Shown: positions 36,310 to 47,288 of the stretch, one piece after another
Layout: every line of letters begins with the position of its first letter
Numbering within the stretch: the stretch's first letter is position 1
NCBI GenBank assembly: GCA_963675755.2
Contig: CAXXMD010000002.1
Location: 1,344,001-1,408,000 of the forward strand
Direction of reading: 5' to 3'
DNA length: 64,000 bases
From: a bacterium
Lineage (GTDB): Bacteria; Zhuqueibacterota; Zhuqueibacteria; Residuimicrobiales; Krinioviventaceae
Notes under the pieces: model-generated
The model's database searches: none
Seen by the model: the letters and a program-made list of their open reading frames with translations, nothing else
Told to the model about the DNA's origin: nothing
Translations under genes and position numbers: made by a program

Positions 36310-37254
36310 TTAGAAAAAATCTCTAGAATGTAAAAAACCGCTCAATGTCTCGTGGACATCTTTATAGTTTTTTTGAGTAAATATCCTTTTTCGAATATCT
36401 GCGGCTTTTGGCAAGCCTTTCAGATATGTGGCTATGTGTTTTCGCATAATCAATACGGCCCGATCAGCACCGTACAATTCTTTTGCATATTCCATATGTT
36501 TTAGACATCCCGCAACTTTGTCCTCTGGAGAAGGCATTACGGGTTCTTTATTCTCATGAACCAGCATTTTAATCTGCTGAAATATCCAGGGATTCCCTCT
36601 GGCCGCACGACCGATCATAATACCATCACAACCGGTTTCATCGTACATACGTTTGGCATCAAAAGCTGTTTTTATATCACCATTCCCGATCACCGGAATA
36701 GAAACAGCCCGCTTAACCTGGCGAATGATGTCCCAATCAGATTTACCCTTGAACATCATTTTCTGAGTTCGGGGATGAACCGCAATCATGGCTATACCAG
36801 CATCTTCAAGTATTTTACAAGCATCCAACGCTACATTGCTGTCCCAACCACTGCGAATTTTAGCAGTGACCGGTATATCAGTAACCTGGGTAGCAGATTG
36901 AGCAATGGATTTCATCAACTCGAGATCACGCATAATTGCTGATCCGGCACCACGTTTTACAATTTTTCTTGCCGGACACCCGAAATTAATATCAATGAAC
37001 GTTGGCTTGTAACCGGCAATTATCTCTACAGCTTTTGCCAGTGTATCTGCCTCGGCCCCAAATACTTGTATACCTACCGGTCGTTCAAATTCTTTAAATA
37101 CAGCAAGCTCCAAAGTCTTTTCCTGATATCGGATAATACCATCAGCACTTGCCATTTCCGTATACACAATATCAGCGCCATTCTCTTTACAGAGGCGCCT
37201 GAGGGCCAAGTCCGACCATCCTGCTAATGGTGCCAAAGCGGATGGTTTGATCAT
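36310..37254 (-). CDS. dusB: tRNA-dihydrouridine synthase B
   Basis: LAPLAG, YTEM, DINFGCP, KIRSGW, HPRT, GNGDI, MIGRAARGNPW. Likely start is ATG 37254. Confidence 0.93.
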   Translation of the reverse strand: MIKPSALAPLAGWSDLALRRLCKENGADIVYTEMASADGIIRYQEKTLELAVFKEFERPVGIQVFGAEADTLAKAVEIIAGYKPTFIDINFGCPARKIVKRGAGSAIMRDLELMKSIAQSATQVTDIPVTAKIRSGWDSNVALDACKILEDAGIAMIAVHPRTQKMMFKGKSDWDIIRQVKRAVSIPVIGNGDIKTAFDAKRMYDETGCDGIMIGRAARGNPWIFQQIKMLVHENKEPVMPSPEDKVAGCLKHMEYAKELYGADRAVLIMRKHIATYLKGLPKAADIRKRIFTQKNYKDVHETLSGFLHSRDFF

Positions 37255-37340
37255 ATTCAAATCTTTAAATAACACGCGCCGAATATACAGCTTTAAACCC
37301 CAAAAGGCAAGCATAAATTATCCGGCGCATTAAAAAAACT

Positions 37341-40300
37341 CTATTTTGCGAACAACATCTTGAATGTTTTTTGAAAATCACCGGCCTGCATCTTGACAAA
37401 ATAAATTCCGGATGCTGCCAGTGTACCACTATTCGATGTGCCATCCCATACCAAACGATGTGAACCCGCTGATTGTTCAGAGTTGCACAATTCTTTAACC
37501 AGCTCTCCTCGGGTATTGAATATAGTCAATCTTACATTACTTGCACGTGGTACATCATATTCAATGGTTGTATGCGCGTTAAATGGATTGGGATAATTCT
37601 GTCGTAACGCAAATTTTTTAGGAACCGCTGCCCCATCTACTTCAACGGAAACAGGTCCAAATGAGGACATGGTACCATCAGTATCAATTTGTTCAACTTT
37701 GTAAAAAACCGTTCCGGCTTCTTGAATACTATTATCAACATACTCGTAATTGTGTTCCTGAGTAGATGTTCCGGCACCCGCAATCAATGCTGAATTGATT
37801 TTTGTCCAGGGACCTTCTGCAGTTACAGCACGCATAATATTGAAACCCAAATTGCGGATTTCGGATTTGGTTTGCCATTTCAATACCGCACCAGTCTCTT
37901 CAGTATAGCTCACGGACAATGAAGACAGAGTAACAGGTACAATAGAACCCGCTCCGGCAGTAACAACAGGCCTGATAACAAAATCATGGGTAGAAATTCC
38001 ACTCAACCACCCGGAACTGGTAAAAATACAAGACCTGTAATCCGGTGTACCATTATCATATTCACTCAAAATAGGTAAAGCATCTAATGAATTTGGCAAA
38101 GAAACAACAATATGATAATCTTGTCCGGCTTCAACCAAAGCATGGGCATCAAGTAGATTGAAATAATGCATTGTATATTGCGAAACCTGGTCAGAAGAAA
38201 TAGAAACCGTATTGGTACCTGACAATTTACTGCCAGGTTTGTTGGCAGAATTGGTCCAAATTTCAAAATCCAGTGTTCCGGTTAACGGATGGGGATCGGT
38301 ATTTGATTGTAAAATATAAGTTTGGATATAACATCCGGTAACCTGACCTGAAATTGAGGGAGTAAACCGAATAGAGGCTTTGGGATATTCATTTTCCCCG
38401 TATCCCAAATTTATTGCTCCATTATAGGGTGCATCTTGATCATAAACCAGCACTTCAGATTGAGCAGATGAATTTGATAGAGCTTCACCCATGGCTTCAA
38501 AAACATTCAATTTACCATAACCCCATACCGGGTCCCAGACTGTTGAACCGGTATAATCATCCAGGTCCGCATTGTTGGTAAGCAAAGACAGTAACTGACT
38601 ATAGTCCAGATTCGGATTTTGTTCAAATAAAAGCGCAACAGCACCGGCAACAACGGGGCATGCCATACTGGTTCCCTGCATTAATACATGTTTTTGACCG
38701 GGTACAATTCTGCTTGTTGAAGGAGAACTCCATTGTGACATTGCAGAGGCAATTTTATCACCGGGAGCCGCAATATCGGGTTTTTCACGATTATCTCTGG
38801 TGGGGCCAACACTACTAAAATCAGATATCTCGCCTAAATAATAGGCTCCACCATTATATCCTTCATTTAAATACGTATACCAATACCAGCGGTGTGTGTA
38901 TGAAGCTACCGAAATCACTTCTGCTGCGGTGGCAGTATTGGTATATTCTGAATCAGAACCGGTTAAACTGACAGAAGCAGATTCAGCTCCAATAACAGCA
39001 TCAGCAAACCACATGTGGTAGCCAAGGTCAATACCGTAAGAACTGGTTAATGTAAGTGTCCATGTTCCGGCCGCAGGTGTAACAGTTGAAACGCCATCAT
39101 AAATTATCGATATAACATAACGATCATTATTATTGGCATCCATATAATTCGCCATATAAACAGAACCATCAGATCGGTCTACATCACGGTCATCTCCGGT
39201 TGAAGTTGTTACCAGATCACCATTAGGTGACTGCAACTGTGCGGTAATTACTGCATTATCATCAAACCAAACTTCAAACCACAGATCATCATTATCACTG
39301 CCGCTTTCTGGTGTGTAAGAGGGAATGGTGAATGTAATGGTTGTTGAACTGTTTGCAGGAACAGTACCGGATTTATGGATAAGATCGTTACCCTCGTTAC
39401 CCGCAGATTTTACAACAGCCCTACCCGCATCTACAAAAGAATTAATCGCCTGGCTGCCTGAACTTGTACCATCATGCGGACCACTTTGTGATCCCGCACT
39501 GTAATTCACAACAACGGGTTTGCCGAGTGACGCAGCTTTTTCTCTACAATAAGTCAAACCGTCAATAAAGTCCGCAGTTGAAAAACCTCCATCGCCACCC
39601 TTAACAACGATGATATCCGCTTTTGGTGCCATACCTGCATAATTCATGGTAGCTATAGAAGAACCATTACCTGCCGCAGTACCGGCAACATGGGTACCAT
39701 GGCCGTTAATATCTTGTTCACGAACAAATCCAGTTGTAACACCATTAATCTCATCTTCAATTTGTGCCTGGGTATATTCAACACCAAAATTACAACCAGT
39801 TTCTGATGGTGCAGTTTCACTACCTGTAGCATTTATCGTTTGGTCCCAAATATAAAGAATACGGCTTTTTGTAGGATCATCAGGATCACGAAAATCTTGA
39901 TGTTCGTAATCGATACCTGTATCATAAATACAAACGATAACACCCTCACCCTGATATTCTGTATTATTCAGGAAACCGGAATGCAACATGTCCGCACCAA
40001 TCACCCCCCGGGCAACATCGTTAGTCACTTTGGTATAGCGGTCTGCACTAAGAGATGTAACAGTATTTAATGTTGCCGCAGACAACAATTGATCAATTGT
40101 TGCGTGAACAGTAACAAAATCAGGTAAAACAGAGTTTACCTGAATACCTTTTGCCACCAATTCACCGGGATTTTGAGTATAAATAATTGCTCTTATCTGG
40201 TCACTGTTTTCAATACGGGCATTTTCAAATGACCGTGCAACAGATGTTTTATTTTCAGATTTATCAATCATAACTTTTTTCAACAGTGGTTCAAATTTAT

Positions 40301-40406
40301 CAGTCTGCTCTGAACTCAAGCTGTTGAACAATGGATTTTGTGCTGCATAAAGAAAAATTGGAAGAATAATTAGAATACGCATACATCTTGCAAGAAACTG
40401 AGCCAT
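37341..40406 (-). CDS. Secreted subtilisin-like S8 serine peptidase with a C-terminal FlgD-Ig/T9SS-type domain
   Basis: Catalytic triad IYDTGID / GHGTHVAG / GTSMACP; signal peptide; tail QNYPNPFN..WDG..ASGIYF. Confidence 0.9.
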   Translation of the reverse strand: MAQFLARCMRILIILPIFLYAAQNPLFNSLSSEQTDKFEPLLKKVMIDKSENKTSVARSFENARIENSDQIRAIIYTQNPGELVAKGIQVNSVLPDFVTVHATIDQLLSAATLNTVTSLSADRYTKVTNDVARGVIGADMLHSGFLNNTEYQGEGVIVCIYDTGIDYEHQDFRDPDDPTKSRILYIWDQTINATGSETAPSETGCNFGVEYTQAQIEDEINGVTTGFVREQDINGHGTHVAGTAAGNGSSIATMNYAGMAPKADIIVVKGGDGGFSTADFIDGLTYCREKAASLGKPVVVNYSAGSQSGPHDGTSSGSQAINSFVDAGRAVVKSAGNEGNDLIHKSGTVPANSSTTITFTIPSYTPESGSDNDDLWFEVWFDDNAVITAQLQSPNGDLVTTSTGDDRDVDRSDGSVYMANYMDANNNDRYVISIIYDGVSTVTPAAGTWTLTLTSSYGIDLGYHMWFADAVIGAESASVSLTGSDSEYTNTATAAEVISVASYTHRWYWYTYLNEGYNGGAYYLGEISDFSSVGPTRDNREKPDIAAPGDKIASAMSQWSSPSTSRIVPGQKHVLMQGTSMACPVVAGAVALLFEQNPNLDYSQLLSLLTNNADLDDYTGSTVWDPVWGYGKLNVFEAMGEALSNSSAQSEVLVYDQDAPYNGAINLGYGENEYPKASIRFTPSISGQVTGCYIQTYILQSNTDPHPLTGTLDFEIWTNSANKPGSKLSGTNTVSISSDQVSQYTMHYFNLLDAHALVEAGQDYHIVVSLPNSLDALPILSEYDNGTPDYRSCIFTSSGWLSGISTHDFVIRPVVTAGAGSIVPVTLSSLSVSYTEETGAVLKWQTKSEIRNLGFNIMRAVTAEGPWTKINSALIAGAGTSTQEHNYEYVDNSIQEAGTVFYKVEQIDTDGTMSSFGPVSVEVDGAAVPKKFALRQNYPNPFNAHTTIEYDVPRASNVRLTIFNTRGELVKELCNSEQSAGSHRLVWDGTSNSGTLAASGIYFVKMQAGDFQKTFKMLFAK

Positions 40407-40442
40407 CTTTGCCTCCCGAAATCATTAATAATAGTATGAAAT

Positions 40443-40482
40443 AAAAAAGCACATTGGAGAAATATCTTTCTCTCCAATGTGC
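40443..40482 (-). terminator. Terminator after the LamG protein gene
   Basis: GCACATTGGAGA...TCTCCAATGTGC followed by a T run on the minus strand. Confidence 0.75.
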
Positions 40483-40532
40483 AAAATTCTTAAATCCCCC
40501 AAAATGCTGACAACAATGTGAACCCCTGAATA

Positions 40533-41879
40533 TTATTTTAACAGTGATACTTTGATATATTTTGAATAATCACTTGTTTTCAATTTTATCAGATAAACAC
40601 CACTTGCGGCAGTATTTCCGTTACTTGTTTTACCGTCCCATTTTATTTTATGACGGCCGGCAAACAGGCTGTTATTCAAGAGGGTCTTTATTAAACGGCC
40701 CTGAATATCAAACACCTGCAGCGAAACATTACCATCCTGAGCAATATCAAAAGTAATATTGGTTTCAGGATTAAATGGGTTAGGGTATGCCGGATACAAT
40801 TGGTGGGTTTCAATCACCGATGCCAGAGCAACATCCACAACCTGGCTATATTCTTTATCACCATTTACTGCAACGTTAACAATACAATATTGATATGCAT
40901 TTTCACTATCTACTGTTTCATCAGTATAAGTGTATTGTGTGGTGTGGGATACGGTTCCCTGCCCAATCAATTCAGAATTATATGTATAGCTATCAATAGT
41001 CTGCCATTCAGTACCAACACCCTGACGACGCAGGATCTCAAATCCCAGATTGTCAGTCTCACTTGCAGTAATCCATTGCAATTCTACCGCTTTACCGTCT
41101 TTAACAGGACTAGCTTCAAACAAGGCCATCTCAACAGGCAATGAAAGATCACCATTTACAAACCAGGCAGCACCGCTTATTGATGCATCAGATTGTAAAC
41201 TTTTACTATCAGAAGTGGTCGTTCCAGAACCTTCATTAAACTGATAGTACGCAAGCATATTAGCCCAGTTGGGATGTGACGCAGTAACAGGTACGTTTTT
41301 CCAATTATTTATTGTAGTTTGATCAAGCGCTACATTCCAGATTCTTACTTCGTCAATATCACCAGACAAAGGTTTGACAGTACCTGCAGGTCGTTTACCA
41401 ATTAATAAATTATTGCTGGTTGAAACCAATGTGGTATTAGAAAATGTAGCACTACCTGCCTCAACTCCATTTATATATATATATATACTGGTACCATTAA
41501 AAGTAACCGCAACGTGCCCCCAATTTTCAGGTGAAAGTTCGGTGTCGCTATATACCGTTTCAAGTCCACCAGCTGTATTTGCTACACACTTTATAGCTTG
41601 TAACATACCACTGTATCCAACAAAACTAATATCAACTCCCTCCGAAGTCTCATTACCATCAGAAATTAAAACTCCTGCACCACCACCCAAGAAAAAATTC
41701 TCATCATCTGGGCTTACCCACATCTCGATTGTTAAACCATTTGTAGGGAGGAATGTTGAACCACAGTCAACAAAATCACCATCGGTATTAACAAATCTTA
41801 AAGCCCATCCAGCACCCTGAGCATATAAACCGGATGACCACAATAGTAAAAGGATAAATACAGTAATCCTTGTTTTCAT
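40533..41879 (-). CDS. Secreted LamG/concanavalin-like protein with a C-terminal FlgD-Ig/T9SS-type domain
   Basis: TIEMWV, WGHVAVTF, GDIDEVRIWN, YYQFNEGSG; tail AYPNPFNP..WDGK..ASGVY. Likely start is ATG 41879 after GGAGG. Confidence 0.85.
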   Translation of the reverse strand: MKTRITVFILLLLWSSGLYAQGAGWALRFVNTDGDFVDCGSTFLPTNGLTIEMWVSPDDENFFLGGGAGVLISDGNETSEGVDISFVGYSGMLQAIKCVANTAGGLETVYSDTELSPENWGHVAVTFNGTSIYIYINGVEAGSATFSNTTLVSTSNNLLIGKRPAGTVKPLSGDIDEVRIWNVALDQTTINNWKNVPVTASHPNWANMLAYYQFNEGSGTTTSDSKSLQSDASISGAAWFVNGDLSLPVEMALFEASPVKDGKAVELQWITASETDNLGFEILRRQGVGTEWQTIDSYTYNSELIGQGTVSHTTQYTYTDETVDSENAYQYCIVNVAVNGDKEYSQVVDVALASVIETHQLYPAYPNPFNPETNITFDIAQDGNVSLQVFDIQGRLIKTLLNNSLFAGRHKIKWDGKTSNGNTAASGVYLIKLKTSDYSKYIKVSLLK

Positions 41880-42052
41880 AACGTCCTCCGAAAAAAAACT
41901 ACAAATTGTATGCATATGCATAAAACCATCAATATATTGAAATTACTGATTTTTATTTCAACAGTCAACAAATAAAATAAATTTGACTTGATCCAAAAGT
42001 CATTATATAAAACATACATAAAAACTTTATCAATTGCAGAGTCTCTAAAAAC

Positions 42053-42089
42053 AAAACAAGCACATCCTCGCAAAATACGGATGTGCTTG
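42053..42089 (-). terminator. Terminator after thiI
   Basis: CAAGCACATCC...GGATGTGCTTG inverted repeat with a T-rich tail. Confidence 0.7.
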
Positions 42090-42105
42090 ATATTGTGTTA
42101 ACAAT

Positions 42106-43299
42106 CTATTTCTCAGGGAAATATAGAATTTCCAGATCCGCTTCTTTAACCGCGTTATCCAGCAATTCTTTCATATTTTCAATATTACTTTCAGCTTCAT
42201 GCACTTCATCCAGTTTTGCATGCGTTTCCGGACTTTTGGGGAGCAAGTAGCTGCAGCAATCATCATAAGGTTCAATCGAGGTTTCAAATGTATCCAGCTT
42301 TTGTGCCTGTTCGATAATATCTTCTTTATCCGAACCAATTAACGGTCGAAGTATGGGTAAATTCACCACTTCGGAAATCGCTATAATATTGTCCAAAGTT
42401 TGGCTTGCAACCTGTCCAACACTTTCACCGGTAACAAGTGCTTTTGCACCTTCTTTATATGCAATCATTTCCGCGAGTCGATACATCATTCTGCGGTACA
42501 TAATAATGCGCAGTTTGGGTGGCGTGTTGAGAATAATAGCTTCCTGGATTTTTGCAAGGGGCACAAAATAAATCACACTCTTGTATTGATACTGTGTCAA
42601 TTTTTCCGCAAGAATGCGTGTATTATACCAGGATGATTTTTCCGTAAAGGGAAAACTGTGAAAATGCACAAACACCACCTTACATCCTCGAGTCATCATC
42701 CGGTATGCGGCAACAGGAGAATCAATACCAGAGGATAACAAGCTAACCACCTTGCCGCTGCTTCCCACTGCAAGTCCCCGGATACCTTTAATCCGCTCAA
42801 AAGAGTAATATATTTTATGGTTAAATATTTCTATTGTACAGGTAAGTTCGGCATTTTTCAGATCTACTTTTTTCTGCATCCCCTCTACTACCCTGGCACC
42901 AACAATTTCGTTCACTTTAACAGAACTTATGGGATATACTTTATCCGCTCTTCGCGTATTAATTCGAAAACTCTCAAAGTCCAGGTCTTTAATTTTTTCA
43001 TAAACCTGTTCTTTCAGTACATCCACATCCCAGTCACCACGATAAGCAATGTTAAAGTGGGCTATACCAATTACTTTGGACAACCGTTCACTAACTTTAT
43101 TCAAAGTGGATTCATCATCCATAAAAATAAACATTCGTCCATAATCATTGCGCACACGAATCCCCGGTATATCACTCACCGCCTTTTTCATACTTTCTTT
43201 GAGTCTCTTTTCAAAAAAACCGCGGTTCTTACCTTTCAGCCCCACTTCACTATAGTGCACCAGAATACATAAGGATTCTGAATTTTGTGTTTCAGTCAT
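42106..43299 (-). CDS. thiI: tRNA 4-thiouridine synthase ThiI (THUMP plus PP-loop, no rhodanese domain)
   Basis: HYSEVGLKGKNR, SSGIDSPVA, TGESVGQVASQT, RPLIG, DCC. Confidence 0.94.
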   Translation of the reverse strand: MTETQNSESLCILVHYSEVGLKGKNRGFFEKRLKESMKKAVSDIPGIRVRNDYGRMFIFMDDESTLNKVSERLSKVIGIAHFNIAYRGDWDVDVLKEQVYEKIKDLDFESFRINTRRADKVYPISSVKVNEIVGARVVEGMQKKVDLKNAELTCTIEIFNHKIYYSFERIKGIRGLAVGSSGKVVSLLSSGIDSPVAAYRMMTRGCKVVFVHFHSFPFTEKSSWYNTRILAEKLTQYQYKSVIYFVPLAKIQEAIILNTPPKLRIIMYRRMMYRLAEMIAYKEGAKALVTGESVGQVASQTLDNIIAISEVVNLPILRPLIGSDKEDIIEQAQKLDTFETSIEPYDDCCSYLLPKSPETHAKLDEVHEAESNIENMKELLDNAVKEADLEILYFPEK

Positions 43300-43393
43300 A
43301 AATCTTTCCAAATTTAACATTCATAAAAAAATCCCTCCTGCGGATTTTATCCATAGAAAGGATTTTTAATAACATGATTACTATTAAAAATAT

Positions 43394-45382
43394 CTAGTCA
43401 ATGGATTCTGCAACGATCTGCGCAATATCCTTAACTGTAAGTTTTTCTTCCAAACCGGTTTCATTTATACCATCTGCAAACATGCTCATACAGAACGGAC
43501 ATGCGACACCAACAGTCGAAGCGCCACAGCTTTCAGCATCTTTAACGCGAATATGGTTAATACGTTGGCCTTCGGTTTCTTCCATAAACATGCGTCCACC
43601 ACCTGCACCACAGCAAAAGCTCTTGTTATGTGAGCGGTCCATTTCTACAAAGCCATCTTTACTGGCAGCTTTTAGCACATTACGGGGTTCATCATAAATC
43701 TGATTATAGCGACCAATGTAGCAAGAATCATGGAAGGTTATTTTACCATGTCCATTTGCATTTATCTTGATTTTGCCCGAGCTGACCAGCTCATTAATCA
43801 ACTGTGTATGATGAATGACTTCATAATGGCCTTCAAATTGAGGATATTCATTTTTGATCATATGAAATCCATGCGGACAACAAGTAACAATCTTTTTAAA
43901 CTTGTATTGTTTAAATACTTCAACATTCTGTTCAGCATTCATCTGAAACAGGTATTCATTACCCGCACGGCGAGCAGGATCACCACAGCATCCTTCTTCC
44001 ATGCCCAGTATTGCGTAATCAACACCTGCTGCATTTAATATTTTTGCAAATGCTTTTGATATTTCTTTACCGCGATCATCAAATGAACCGGAACATCCTA
44101 CAAACCAGAGATATTCAGCTTCCTGTTTTTCAGACATTAAAGGTATGTCAAGACCATCAGTCCAGTCTGCACGGGTACTGCTTCCCATATTCCAGGGATT
44201 CATATTGGTCTCAAGACCTTTAAAAGCAGCATTTAATTCCTGTGGGAAATTATTTTCCATCATCATTTGCGCGCGACGCATTTCAAGAATGGTTGGAATA
44301 TGTTCGTTAGATACAGGACAAGTTTCCATACATGCTCCACATGTGGTACATGCCCAGATCTCATCCTGGGTTAACCATTTTTCCATAATCGGTTCTGAAA
44401 TATCTTTACCGCCTAGAATATTTTCGCTCTCATGCATCATATGCTTACGGAGACTCATCATAACAACTTTGGGAGACAAGGCTTTATCGCTTTGAAAAGC
44501 GGGACAAACATCCTGGCAGCGACCGCAGTCTACACAGGAAAAAAAGTCGAGATTATTTTTCCACTGGAACTGGTTAATATTTGTTGCGCCAAATTCTTCT
44601 ACCTGCTCAAAATCAATCTTTTGCAAAGTACCAATGGGTTCATGTGTACGCAAAAAGATATTGATGGGTCCGGCAATGAGATGAAAATGTTTGGAATGTG
44701 GTATAAATACCAGAAATCCCAAAACCATTAAAATATGTGCCCACCAGAAAACTGCATTTGCAATCTCTAAAGAACTATGAGACATACCCTGAAGCAAAGG
44801 TACGGTAGCCCGTGTAAAAGGCATCCATGCGGCAAAAGACTGGCCATCATGCAATATAATTTCAGCAGCCTGGTTGAGTAAGTAGGTAACCATCAAACCA
44901 AAAATAAATGACAGTACAATTGCACTTTGTGGAGATTTTGAAATTTCTACAGGCTTTGTAATACCATCGGGTTTGACAGCAAAACGACGAATACCCATAT
45001 ATACGGAACCAACAATACACAAAATAGCAACAATATCCACACCCAGGAACCAAATATCATTAACAATATTCTTTCCAAAAAAAGAAAATCCGGGTACCCA
45101 TGCACCAACAACATGATTAATGGTTGCAACAGAAAAAAAGACAAAACCATAAAAAATAAAAGCATGCATAATACCTGCAACCGGTCTGTCTTTGATTGAA
45201 CAAAGCTGAGACATGACTTTGCCAACCACATAGGTTAAACGACCAACCGGATTATCCAAACGGTTTACATCTTTTAAACCGGATTTAACAAGACGATAAC
45301 GCTTACGTACCTCTAATGAAAAGAATGCAATTGCCGCAGCAATACATAACAGTAAAATGATTTGACCAACTATTCCCAACAA
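43394..45382 (-). CDS. Membrane Fe-S oxidoreductase with CCG domains (FadF / ETF:quinone oxidoreductase-like)
   Basis: N-terminal TM domain (PHSKHFH), CVDCGRCQDVCP and CTTCGACMETCP, two CCG domains (EGCCGD, HDSCY..CCGAGGG); directly downstream of etfBA. Confidence 0.88.
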   Translation of the reverse strand: MLGIVGQIILLLCIAAAIAFFSLEVRKRYRLVKSGLKDVNRLDNPVGRLTYVVGKVMSQLCSIKDRPVAGIMHAFIFYGFVFFSVATINHVVGAWVPGFSFFGKNIVNDIWFLGVDIVAILCIVGSVYMGIRRFAVKPDGITKPVEISKSPQSAIVLSFIFGLMVTYLLNQAAEIILHDGQSFAAWMPFTRATVPLLQGMSHSSLEIANAVFWWAHILMVLGFLVFIPHSKHFHLIAGPINIFLRTHEPIGTLQKIDFEQVEEFGATNINQFQWKNNLDFFSCVDCGRCQDVCPAFQSDKALSPKVVMMSLRKHMMHESENILGGKDISEPIMEKWLTQDEIWACTTCGACMETCPVSNEHIPTILEMRRAQMMMENNFPQELNAAFKGLETNMNPWNMGSSTRADWTDGLDIPLMSEKQEAEYLWFVGCSGSFDDRGKEISKAFAKILNAAGVDYAILGMEEGCCGDPARRAGNEYLFQMNAEQNVEVFKQYKFKKIVTCCPHGFHMIKNEYPQFEGHYEVIHHTQLINELVSSGKIKINANGHGKITFHDSCYIGRYNQIYDEPRNVLKAASKDGFVEMDRSHNKSFCCGAGGGRMFMEETEGQRINHIRVKDAESCGASTVGVACPFCMSMFADGINETGLEEKLTVKDIAQIVAESID

Positions 45383-45422
45383 AACTCTCTCCTTAAATAA
45401 TATTGATAATAACGGAATATTG

Positions 45423-46388
45423 TTATTTCAACTTTTTCATTTCTTCTGTTACAGCAGGAAGAACCTCAAACAGATCACCAACAATACTGTAATCCGCACG
45501 TTTAACAATAGGTGCTTCAGGATCTTTGTTGATGGCCACAATGCATTTTGAACCAGACATTCCCGCCCAATGCTGAATTGAACCGGATGCGCCGATCATA
45601 AAATACAATGAAGGAGAAACCACTTTACCGGTTTGACCAACCTGCTCATCATGGGGACGCCATTCAGCGTCGACAACCGCGCGTGTGGCACCCACTGCAC
45701 CACCAAGCGTACTGGCAAGTTCTTCAACAAGATTAAAATTTTCAGCGGAACGTAATCCGCGTCCACCGGTTACAATAATATCAGCATCAGCAACATCCAG
45801 CTTGTCACCACCGGTCTTTTTCACTTCTTTTACGGTAATTTTTGATTCAACCGCAGGTACATCCATAGATTCAACTGAACCCGCTTTGGCATCTTTAACC
45901 GCTTCAAACATACCCGATCGTAAAGAGATAACCTTGACATCACCTGCAACCTGAGCATTGGTAAACACTTTACCGGCGTAAAGTGAACGCTCAACAACAA
46001 TATCGTTGCCATTCACATTGATTCCAACACAATCAGATGCTACGGTTACACCCAGAGCTGCGGCAACTCGTGGAGCCAGATCGCGGGTTTGTGCAGTTGC
46101 CGAGAACAAAACAGTATCAGCAGAAGCATCCTGTACGGCTTTAACAACAATAGATTTATATACATCGGGATTATATTGTTCAAGACTAGCATTTTCAGCA
46201 GTAATAACAACATCAGCACCATATTCACCCAATACAGAAGCTTTATCTGCAACGGATGCGCCAATAACCAGTGCTTTTACATCAGCACCTGCACCATTGG
46301 CAATTTTACGGGCCTGAGAAACCGCTTCAAGAGATGCTTTTTTCAACTCACCATTTTGAATTTCTGTTACAACAAGTATAGTAGACAT
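45423..46388 (-). CDS. etfA: Electron transfer flavoprotein alpha subunit
   Basis: GGRGL, GATRAVVD, QVGQTGK, GASGSIQH, AINKDPEAPI. Confidence 0.95.
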   Translation of the reverse strand: MSTILVVTEIQNGELKKASLEAVSQARKIANGAGADVKALVIGASVADKASVLGEYGADVVITAENASLEQYNPDVYKSIVVKAVQDASADTVLFSATAQTRDLAPRVAAALGVTVASDCVGINVNGNDIVVERSLYAGKVFTNAQVAGDVKVISLRSGMFEAVKDAKAGSVESMDVPAVESKITVKEVKKTGGDKLDVADADIIVTGGRGLRSAENFNLVEELASTLGGAVGATRAVVDAEWRPHDEQVGQTGKVVSPSLYFMIGASGSIQHWAGMSGSKCIVAINKDPEAPIVKRADYSIVGDLFEVLPAVTEEMKKLK

Positions 46389-46417
46389 TTATCTAGACCT
46401 CCGGATTTCTAAAATTA

Positions 46418-47170
46418 TTATATCACTTTGGCTTCTTCACGAAGCAGTCTAACGAGTTCTCCTGCGGCTTCAGGGCCTTCACCAACAACTTTACCATCCT
46501 GACGTGCGGGTGGATAACTCATCGTATCAATTTTAATGATGTCATCATCTACACTAACGGCTTCTTCAGCAATCTGTTTTTTCTTTGCCATCATAACACC
46601 ACGGATTGAGGGATATCTCGGTTCATTTAAACCTTTTTGGCAGGTAACAATACATGGCAAAGACACTTGAACAACTTCGGTCCCCCCTTCAATTTCGCGT
46701 TCGGCAGTAACAGAGCCATCTTCAACATCCAGTTTTGTCACAACTGTAACACAGGGAATTCCGAGTAGCTCACCCAACATGGGTCCCAGTACCATATTGC
46801 CATCATCGATGGTTTCTTTACCCATTAGAATAAGGTCATAATCCAGAGTTTTAATTTTTTCTGCAAGCAGTTTGGCAGCTGCAAAACCATCTATAGAATA
46901 CGCATCATATTTCAAATGTAAAACATCATCAACACCCATTGCAACAGCAGTCCGCAGCGCTTCTTTAACACGTTCGGGTCCCCAACTGATTGCGGTAACA
47001 TTTTCTGCCTTGCCGGCTTCTTTAATTTTTATAGATTCCTCAAGAGCAAATTCACAAAATGGATTTACAATAAATTTAATACCAGCCTCGGCAATACTTT
47101 TTTCATCAGAACCGATCTTGATATTTGCTTCAGTATCAGGAACTTGTTTAATACACGCTAAAATTTTCAC
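46418..47170 (-). CDS. etfB: Electron transfer flavoprotein beta subunit
   Basis: KQVPDT, NPFCEFALEE, NEPRYPS. GTG start at 47170 after GGAGG. Confidence 0.95.
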   Translation of the reverse strand: MKILACIKQVPDTEANIKIGSDEKSIAEAGIKFIVNPFCEFALEESIKIKEAGKAENVTAISWGPERVKEALRTAVAMGVDDVLHLKYDAYSIDGFAAAKLLAEKIKTLDYDLILMGKETIDDGNMVLGPMLGELLGIPCVTVVTKLDVEDGSVTAEREIEGGTEVVQVSLPCIVTCQKGLNEPRYPSIRGVMMAKKKQIAEEAVSVDDDIIKIDTMSYPPARQDGKVVGEGPEAAGELVRLLREEAKVI

Positions 47171-47288
47171 ATAAACCTCCAGTTCATTTTTCACTGTTCT
47201 ACAGCCTGCCCCGAAAAGGGATAATAATATATAAAGCCACGACAGGAAAGTCAAATAATAATTGAATGGAATTCAGGCAATTACCCGA

